Below, piece by piece: positions 1-8,535 of a stretch of 64,000 bases of DNA. The notes under the pieces are model-generated. The model saw only the letters and a program-made list of their open reading frames with translations, did not search any database and was not told the DNA's origin. A program made the translations under genes and the position numbers. The stretch is from Lama guanicoe. Taxonomy: Eukaryota. The stretch covers positions 1,528,076-1,592,075 of the forward strand of contig MU056277.1 of the NCBI GenBank assembly GCA_013239625.1, in the 5' to 3' direction. The first letter of the stretch is position 1; each line of letters opens with the position of its first letter.

Positions 1-1649
1 CATACTTGAAGGAGAAGAATTCAGGTGGGAGACAGCGTTGTGTAGTGAACGATTTGAGAGGACTTCCTGGCAAAGGGAGAGCGCATCTCCGAGAGCCGGC
101 GGGCTGATCTGAGGGCGGTGGCAGTGGTCTCTGTCCCTCCTCTTATGCCCTCGCTTAGAGGTGGCCTCTTGAATGACTGATGGCCCCTGTCCCTGGAACC
201 CTCAGTCATGCCCGTCCCCCTTTCTGCATGTCCTCACCCATGATGCCCACAGGAGACCCCTGGGGAGCCTACGCCGCAATGCTGGCCATATTACAGTGAG
301 CGCTGGGTCACGGTCGGTTAGGTCCTTGTTGCTGCTGCGCGGTTGTGGCTGTCGGGTTCTAACGGGTTTCTTGCTGGCGCTCACTTAGAGGAAGTAAAGT
401 TGCTTTATGCTGGAGGCCGGCACACTGCCGTCTTCTGGGCCCTCCTCCCTCCCCTCCACCTTATCTGCCCAGTGCCCCCACCTGTCTAACCACCTAACAC
501 TAGGGATCACGTAGTTGGTCAGTCGGGGGATGAGCCAGGCTGTCGGTCATCCGAGTGGATGGTTTCCTCACAGAAGGGCAGGTCACCCCGAACTTGACGT
601 GGTGCCTGCAATGCGCTGACCGGCCCCAGCACCGCCTGTTCACCAGCTGATGGGTGACGTGGGTGCAGGAGTGAAGGGCCCCTGGAATGCCTAATGACCA
701 CGGTCAGTGTGCAATCTGCGGAGGTCAGAATAAACAGAAACTTAGAACCTGTCCCACTGCTTTGCTTTCCCACAGCCTGTGCATCAGAACAATGCGACTT
801 CACCATTTGGAACCTAAGTTAGGATCTAAGTTCCAGGTTACCCCCAGCCAGAGTGTGGCTGCCTCTCTCCTCACGTACCGTGAGCACAGTGTTGATGGTT
901 GGCTTCCCCGGTCAGTGGCTTGGGTTCAGCATGTCCGCTGTACTTGAAAAGTTTGTATTCCTTTACATTCGGGCCAATTACGGAGAGACCAGCTAGCCAG
1001 ACCATGACGTTGGGCACATCTTGTCATGTAAACTGAGGCGGCCTTTTCCTGCGCACTTTCAAGTATAATCTGGTGATCTGGTAAATTCTCCCTCCAGTGA
1101 AACCCTGATTTCAGCGAATATAAAAGGAAGTGCAGCAGCAAGGGTGTGCTTAGAGGCCGTGCTAGGAAAGAAGAGCGTCTCTGCTCAGACTGGCACTTGG
1201 TCCTGCCCAGACTTGGTGTCCTGAGTTGTGCTGACATTAAAGATTTCAGCCTAGACGTCTTCCCGTTCAGTGACTCGAAATTAGTGAAGATCATCCTGCC
1301 CTCACAGAGGCTTTTATTTGATGGGAGAAGGAACAGCCGGGAAGGGCTGGAAGGCGTTCCCTGGACCTCCCAGTGACTGCTGCTCGGATGAGGGTGTTCG
1401 ATTCGCAGCAGTTATGCCAAGGGCATTCTCAGCGGCCTTGGCGTAGAGAATGAGCAGAAGTGGACGTTGAAATAGAACAGAGAGTCCCATTCGCTCTGAA
1501 ATCGGAGGCTTTCAGACCGTTGAGAACAGCATGAGAAGGTGCCAGAAGGGGGCAAAGCGCTGTGAGCAGGAAGGGGAGAAGGAAAAATTGAGGCGGAGGA
1601 GCTGGGCCTCGCATTAGAGGAGGGTCCAGTGAGAAAGTGAGGAGAGTTA

Positions 1650-1990
1650 ATTACAGGAAAAACCAGACGTGGGACTAGTGTGCAGAGCTGCAGTGTGCTG
1701 CGTAGACAGAGGATCAGTGGGACCTCTGTAGGGTGGACGCGCGTGGCCGGAGGGCTGAGCAGCACCAAGGACAGCGGGAGAAGAGCCTCCCGAGGGGCTG
1801 GTGGCCCCCACGCAGCATGGCCAGCTCAGCCGACAAGTGGGCACCGGGCTGCAGGGAGGACCAGGGGTGACGGGAGAGGGGCAGCGGGAGCACCTGAGAC
1901 GCAGCAGGACAGGGGTGCTCTGTGGGGGCCGGGAGCTGGAAAGGAAGGAAGAGGCTGTTGGAAACATCGAGAGACGTATGTCTACAATGA
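1650..1990 (-). mobile_element. Degenerate L2 LINE fragment
   Basis: Purine-rich tract that resembles the antisense L2 ORF2/3' region; for example ggctgagcagcaccaaggacag resembles ggatgagatcaccaagggag. Heavily diverged, so boundaries are approximate. Confidence 0.4.
1758..1778 (+). promoter_or_regulatory. REST/NRSF binding site (RE1/NRSE)
   Basis: agCAGCACCaaGGACAGCGgg has both half-sites intact (CAGCACC 1760-1766, GGACAG 1769-1774) with the canonical 2-bp spacer. The consensus is TTCAGCACCACGGACAGCGCC. Confidence 0.6.
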
Positions 1991-2006
1991 AACTGGAGGA
2001 CACGGC

Positions 2007-2136
2007 GGGGCGGGGTGTGTAGCTCGTGCTAGAGCGCGTGCTTAGAATGAACAGGGTCCTGGGTTCAATCCCCAGCACTGCCTCTAAAAATAAATAAATA
2101 AATAAACCGAATTACCACCCCCCCCAAAAAAACCAC
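2007..2136 (+). mobile_element. Camelid tRNA-derived SINE (Vic-1 type)
   Basis: tRNA-like head with a damaged A box (tagctcgtgctagagcg) and an intact B box GGTTCAATCC (2062-2071). This is followed by (AAAT)n, aaaccgaattaccaccccccccc and an A tail. Flanked by the target-site duplication (TSD) ctggaggacacgg at 1993-2005 and 2140-2152. Confidence 0.9.
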
Positions 2137-4989
2137 AAGCTGGAGGACACGGTCAGGCAGGCAGGGGTCGAACCCAAACCCAGGGCTCAAGGACGGACAG
2201 GCGGGAGGACTGCATTTCTCTGCCCAGGAGGCTCGGCTGGTGACTAGTTTCTGCTGAAGCTCACGGCAAACATCTGACTGAAGGGTGATGGGAAGCAGGG
2301 CTGTGCCTTGGGCTGGGCTCCCCGCCGCCCGTGACATCCAGCGCCGACAGCCTCGGTCTCCGCATGTCCCCCTGCGGTGGGCAGGAGTGGGGAAGGATAC
2401 TCTGCAGAGTATCCGGCCTGTGCTGCTCCGCATTCCAGAAGCTTCTACACTGCGCCACCTCTCTGTCAGCCAGGACGCCCACCATCACAGGGCAGGGGGA
2501 GCCGGAGACGCTCACTGCTCTTCTGTGGGGTTGGGGAGGAGGACCTCCAGACGTATGCTGGGGCTGGCTCTGGGCCACCCTCCCTGGCACAGAGGCCCTG
2601 TCAGGGCATCTCTCCCAGGCCATCTCCTCAGAAGGACTCTTGGAGCTTCCGAGGGTCCCCCGGAGCAGGGAAGAACACGAGGCTGTGATTGTCCTACTCG
2701 GGTGCTCCAAGCAGGCTGGAAGGGAAATGGCTTCCCTCTTCCTCTGCCCTCTGCAGGCCCTCGGTGGCCCTCAGCCACCCAGGGGGTGGGTAGCCGCCGT
2801 CCCGCCAGACCCAGCGCCTTTGCTCGGGGCCTTCACCCACGGCTTTCCAGACGCCCTCTCCTGCCGGGTGTCCCCTGGGGTCCCACACAGTAGCCCCTAG
2901 AAAACCCTGGAGACCGCAGGGATGCAGAAGCCGGAGCAGGGAAACGTCTGTCCAGCCCGGCCCCGCCCCATTTTGTTCTCTCCCTTTTGCTTCCCACTCA
3001 GCCAAAGACCCTGCGGGGACGGGGACAGTGGCGACGGCCACTCCGAGCCCAGCCGGTGCCCCATGCGCCCCTGTGGACCCTTTGTTCCGGGTGTCGTCAG
3101 CACTGCTGTGAAGCCAAGACTGCCTCCTGAAGGGCTTCCCCGCATCTCGTCTCTGTCGGAAGCGTGACCCTCAAACATGAGACGGAGCAGAGATCGCAGA
3201 CCCTGTGAGCCCTGTCAACCAGGTGTGACGGTGCCATCTCCTCAAATTGCCGCTAATCTACCAGGGGCCGTGCTGTCTGCAGCCTCCCTTGCGCTGTTTG
3301 CTCCCATTCGGTTACCGCTTTCGGTTTCCTTCTGAGGTGTCACTGTTTGCCATTTAGTCAGTAAGGAGAAGCGTGCGAGGGCTTCAGGCATGCGGATCTG
3401 GGGAGCTGGGAAGAGCCGACTGGCTGTTTAGGGAGGACGGTCTTGCTGAGGGTGGTGAGAGCTGGAGAGAGAGTGCCCCTCCGTCCTGGGAACAGCCTTC
3501 TAATTATGTCGTCAGGCTTGCTGGCGAGCTCTTTCCCTGTGCCGTTGAGAAACCGTGTTCTGTGTTAAGGAGATTACCAGATTGTGATGCTGTTTGCTGA
3601 TTACTTTTTATTGTTTAAAGAATTTGGATGTATTAAACCAAACATTAAAAAGTGATTCACATGGAGCGTAATTACTGGAGATGAGGCTGGGGGACACGGG
3701 TGGGTGGGAGGGGAGGGAGGAGATGGCGTTTGGGGGCTCTCACGGGGCCAGTGGGGCACAGGCAGGGACCCCATGTCAGTGTGACAGACGCAGGTGCTGA
3801 TGGATGCAGCTGGAAGGGTCGGGAGCCGGGTGGCAGAGAGGTGCAGCTGTAGGTTTCTGAGTGAAACAAACATTTCCAGGTGAGAGATGTTCCTTACTGA
3901 GCAGGAGAAATGAGCCATTTGAATTGTGCACAAACACGCTGTCCTGGTGCCCGCCCTTCCCGCTGGGAGAGAGAACCAGAGCAGCGAGTAGGGGAGCCTG
4001 CCCTGAACGGCCCCTCCCATGTGGGCTGCCAACCCCCCCCAGGGCCCCCTCTGATCTCAGACCCACTTCTGGGGGAGACAGTCGGGGACCAGGGGAACAG
4101 GCTGCACACTCTCCCTGCCTGTCCATCGCTCGTGGGCACCAGTCTTCATGCCACACCGTCTACTACCTGCTAATGTAAATAATAAACAGCCCGGAGCTTT
4201 GTTTCCAGCTCCACGTGAACACAAAGGGCACAAGAGTGGGTATCGAAGGATTTCATGGCAGGTCCCATCAAGGGAGTGCACAGTGAACCATGGCTGTTTG
4301 CGCCGTTTGCCGCCCGGGAGCGGGCGGCAGTCCTGGGCCGTGTCCTGCCCGCCGGCCCACAGCCAGGCGCTCCTCAGGAGGAGCTGCAGTAGGATTTGGG
4401 TTGATTCTGACAGATCCTGCAATTGTCAAGTTTGAACTGACGCATAGGTGCTCCGGTGTCACCGCCCTGGTGTGTCTGTAAGAGCAGGAGGTGGGCCAAG
4501 GGCTTCTCCCACAGGCGACAAGCTGCAGGCTGCGAGGACGCTCGCCAGCTACTGAGCGCTCGTGGGCCGGAGGCTGCCGGGCATCAGGGAGGCGTGAATG
4601 GCGCCGTGGCAGCGTCGGTGTGGGCAGAGCTCGGCTGGGAGGCCGGGTCGGCCCCTCCTTTCTCAATCTGGGCTCCCGGAACTGCAAATAGGAGCAACCG
4701 TTTACTTTGGAGATGTTGTAAGGCTGAAAGAAGTTTTGTTTCTTTCTTTCCTTTTTTGTTTCTTGTTTTTTTTTTTGAATGGACAAGACATGCACAAAAT
4801 TCGAAAGATACCAAAAAGACCCATCTCCTGATAAGTTCTTTGATTTGTCAATTTGTGAAGCCCCGCCCCCGTTCACATTTTGGAATGGGACCCGGGAATG
4901 GGACTCACTCCACATGGAACCATAAACCCAGGGAGAAGGGGGACCTGCAAGAACGTTCCCTTGTCTGGTTGTGGGGATCACCATATACC

Positions 4990-5550
4990 GCTTAGCCGGC
5001 TGTTGTTGGGTTAGTGTACCATTTCACACAGCCTCGAATGCTGCGGTGGGTTCTCTGGACACAGGCATTTTGCACACGGGCCAGTGTATATAAGAGAGCA
5101 ATCCCCTGAAGTGCAATTTGGGGGTCGAAGCGTGTATGCAGTTTTTGATCGGGAGATTGCCAAACTGCTCTGCACGGATTCTGCACTGACTCGCCCCCAC
5201 CCCCAGTCCCTGGATCCGCCATCAGCACCAGCCTAGGGTTTGTCACACGTTTGGCCTTTGCCAGCCTGAGAGGGGAATGGTGGTGTCTCACTACAGTTTT
5301 AATCTGCGTTTCTCTTTTCATGAGGAAGATGGGGAGTTTCACGTGCGGGAGGCACTTGTGTTTCGTTCCCTGAGAACCGTCTGCCCGCACCCTGCCGTCT
5401 GTTCTGCTGGTTTGGTCTTCGGCTTATTGATTCGGAGAAGTTCTTTATCTCCCAGACAAATTAGCACCTTATAAATGAGTTCCACTGTTTTGATCCACTT
5501 AGTCATTTGTCTTTTCTCTTTGTTCCTATTCCTTTCTGTAATTCAAAAAT
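4990..5550 (-). mobile_element. Old L1 (L1ME-like) ORF2 3' region, part 1
   Basis: Antisense L1 motifs such as gattgccaaactgctct and tggtgtctcactacagttttaatctgcgtttct. ORF 4992..5390(-) contains the ORF2-like segment QIKTVVRHH. Confidence 0.7.
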
Positions 5551-5559
5551 CTCTAACTT

Positions 5560-6450
5560 TTTTATGTAAGGTGAGGCAAAAATTTCTTAGGCATGACACC
5601 AGAAGCATGATCCAAGGAAGAAAAAATGACAAATTGAACATAAAAAAAACTTCTGCTCTTCTAAGGCCGCTGGTAAGACAATGGAAGGACAAGTCACCGA
5701 CTGAGGAGAAATATTTGCAAGTCATATATCTGATGAAGGGTTTGCATCCAGAATACGTAAGGCGCTTTTAGAACTTAATAATAAAAAGACAATGACCCAA
5801 CTTTTAAAACGGGTTAAAGCTGTGAATAGACACTTCACCAAAAAAGAGACCTAAGTGGCCAGCGAGCGTGTAACAGGCGCGCGGCTGCTCGGCGACNNNN
5901 NNNNNNNNNNNNNNNNNNNNNNNNNNNNNNNNNNNNNNNNNNNNNNNNNNNNNNNNNNNNNNNNNNNNNNNNNNNNNNNNNNNNNNNNNNNGGGGGGGAC
6001 CCGCGTGCCCGCCCAGCCCCGCGCGCCCCGGGCCCTGCGGCAGCGTTGCGTCGTAGCCCCAGGTGGGAGGGGACCCAAGCGTCCCCCGGCGGCGCGTGGG
6101 CGGACGCGTCCTGGGGCGCCGCGCTGTGCGGCGCCTGTGACTCGGGAGGACAGAGGACCAAGCCTGTGATACACACGGCGACAGCTGCGTGAGTGAAAGC
6201 GACCAGGCAGGGCGCGCCCCGCGTGGCTCCGGTTGCTCGGCCCTCTGGAAAAGGCGACCTGCCCCTCGGTGCCAGAGAGCAGGGCGGAGCTGCTGGGGGA
6301 GCCGAGGGGGGAGCGGGAGCAGCCGGAGGGCGGGGGACCGACCCTGGGCAGAGGCCACGAGGGGACCCCGGGCGTGCCTGCGGCCCGCGGACGGCGACTG
6401 TCTCGACTGGTGACGCCGCCAGGCCGCGCGCTCCTGCATCTGGGCCTGCT
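5560..6450 (+). mobile_element. L1 (L1MB/MC/MD class) ORF2 end plus 3' UTR, distal half strongly GC-converted, spanning an N gap
   Basis: 5560-5855 is clearly L1 (aatatttgcaagtcatatatctgatgaaggg; tgaatagacacttcaccaaa). After the gap, collinear L1 anchors persist: ACCCAAGCGTCC 6073, TGATACACAC 6167, TGAGTGAAAG 6190, TCTGGAAAAGGC 6244, CAGAGAGCAG 6273, CACGAGGG 6356. Confidence 0.8.
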
Positions 6451-6510
6451 GCCCGCAGCGTGCTCCCCGGCTGACTGCGCAGGAAGGGGGGCTGTACGGA
6501 GCGCCTGACT
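5860..6510. promoter_or_regulatory. CpG-island-like segment (L1-derived)
   Basis: By eye about three-quarters or more G+C, with very dense CpG and GC boxes GGGCGG at 6098, 6282 and 6328. No associated exon was recognised. Confidence 0.55.
5897..5991. other. Assembly gap (95 N)
   Basis: Run of N. Confidence 1.
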
Positions 6511-6844
6511 TCTCTTTACGGACTGTGGGTCTCGTGGCGATTCTTTCCTCACTCCCACTTTGAGGAACAATCTATTTTGTGGGACGAGGCAGCGAGCCCT
6601 TAGGAATGCCGTCTCAGAGGGTTTCACTCTCCACGTGCGTGTAACTCCAGCCGGGATTTGGAATAGTGTGAAGCAGAAATCCAGCTTCTTCCCCCACTTA
6701 GGCCAGCGTTCTTCATTGTAGAAATTAGTCTTTCTGTCCTTACTTGAAATGCTGTCTGTGTCACCTAGTAAATCCTGTATAAATTTGATTGTTTCTGGAC
6801 TTTCCCTTTTGATGCTTTTGTCCCTTTTTGTACCGATACTGCAT

Positions 6845-6915
6845 TTTTTTAAATTGAAGTTTAGTTAGTTTTTACAGTGTTGTGTTGGTTCCTAGTGTAC
6901 AGCATAGCGATCTAG

Positions 6916-6958
<43 letters not shown>

Positions 6959-7028
6959 ATTTTTCACATTGTCTTTGTTTTAGGTTAGTACGAGTTCCTG
7001 AATTTAGCTCCCGTGCGGCACAGTAGGA
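6845..7028 (-). mobile_element. Short L1 3' terminal fragment (artiodactyl/camelid type)
   Basis: Poly-T followed by aattgaagt...tgtacagcatagcgat...cacagtagga. Matches the L1 3' ends at 40745 and 55945. Confidence 0.8.
6920..6955. repeat. (TA)n microsatellite, about 18 units
   Basis: Perfect dinucleotide run inside the L1 3' end. Confidence 0.98.
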
Positions 7029-7537
7029 ATGTCACATTGTTTGGATTACTGTATATATATTTTAATGTTTAACATGGAGAGTCTATAACAAGTTCCTTAC
7101 TACTTTCAATTTTCAGAGTGATTTTCAAAGTAATTGAAAGTGAAGTTTAATTTTCAAAAACTCCTTGACTATTCTTGCTGATGACTTTTCCCTCTGAAAT
7201 TTAGAATCCGTATTTTGGTTCAGCGAATCCTCCTTGCGCCTTTCTGGAGGTGGCAGAGCGTTAGCTGCAGGCTGTCATTAATGGCACAGGTCGTCTCGCG
7301 GAGGACTGACCTCCTTGTGCTCTCGGGTCTTCCCAGCAGAGACTCTGCTTATCTCAGAACCCTTTCCACTTACTTGTCCTTTTTCACATCTTCCAGTAGT
7401 ATTTTCATTTTCTTCGTATAAATCTTGTGCAGTTTCCTTTTTCAGTTAAACACGTATTTTAAGACCCAAGCTGCCTTGTGGAAATTTAAAATAAGATGGT
7501 TTCATCGGAGAAGTAGCAAAATAATCACATGTCAGCT

Positions 7538-8440
7538 TTTGTTTTATTATGGAAGTAGAGTTGATTTACCACCTTACATTAGTTTCAGGTGTGGAGCGCA
7601 GTGGTTCAGTACTTCTACAGATTATACTCCACTGAAAGTCACTACAGGGTGACGGCTGTAGTTCCCTGCGCTGCACCGTGCATCCTTGTTGCTCATCTGT
7701 TTTGCGTACAGCAGTCATGTCTATTCATCCCCCACACCGTCTAGCCCCTCCCCACGCCCCTCCCCACTGGGAACCACTGATTTGCATTCTGTGTCTGTGG
7801 GTTTGTTTTGCATATACATTAATTTGTATTATTTTCAGATTCTGCACGTAAATGATATCGTACAGTATTTGCTGTTGTCTGACTTAACTCAGTGTGATCA
7901 TCTCTAGGTCCATCCATGTTGCTGCAAATGTCAATAGTTCACGCTTTTTACGGCTGAGTAGTATTCCACTGCATAAATATACCACATCTTTATCCAGTCT
8001 TCTGCTGATGGACGTTTAGGTTGCTCCCATATCTTGGCTTTTATAAATAGTGCTCTGAACATGGGGTGCATTATCTTTTTGAATTAGTATTTTTGTTTTT
8101 TCCAGGTGCAGCCCTAGTAGTGGGGTTGCTGGATCATATGGTAACTTTGTGTTTTTTTCAGGACCCTCCATACTGTTCTCCAATGTGGCTGCGCCAGCTT
8201 ACACTCCCACGAGCAGAGCGGGAGGGCGCCCTTCTCCCCACACGCTCTCCAGCACGTGTTATCTGTAGGCTTCCCGACGGCGTCAACCTCAGAGGCGCGA
8301 GGTGGTGGTTCAGTGTTGATTTGCTTTTCCCTGGTGGTCAGTGATGTTGAGCGTCTTTTCATGTGCCTGTTGGCCATCTTTGTGTCTTTGGAGAAATGCC
8401 TATTTAAGCCCTCTGCCCATTTTTGATTTTTTTTTTTGTT
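7538..8440 (-). mobile_element. 5'-truncated L1 (ORF2 C-terminus plus 3' UTR)
   Basis: ORF 8114..8377(-) reads MANRHMKRRSTSL...CWRACGEKG...CSWECKLAQPHWRTVWR, which is the ORF2 cysteine-rich C-terminus. Also contains ggtccatccatgttgctgcaaatg. Confidence 0.92.
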
Positions 8441-8454
8441 TGTTTAATCACAGG

Positions 8455-8535
8455 TCAGTCTTGGTTTCGACATCCAGTCTGTGGCTTACTAACCAGGTCT
8501 CAGCCCGTTACTTAACCTCTCTGAGTCTCAGCTAC
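8455..8535 (+). mobile_element. MIR fragment
   Basis: MIR core sequence ttacttaacctctctgagtctcag. Confidence 0.65.

Larger units (their letters stand above)
6560..7530 (-). mobile_element. Old L1 (L1ME-like) ORF2, part 2, interrupted by a younger L1 3' fragment
   Basis: Antisense ORF2 motifs: tgtttctggactttcc, cacattgtttggattactgta, ccttgactattcttg. Confidence 0.6.

Noticed and set aside
2007-2080. tRNA gene
   Set aside because: It is the tRNA-derived head of a SINE, with an AT-rich tail, a TSD and a damaged A box.
5804-6627. Long ORFs across the CpG-rich segment as a first coding exon
   Set aside because: They run through Ns, are Arg/Pro/Gly/Ala-rich artefacts of GC content, and the DNA is L1-derived.
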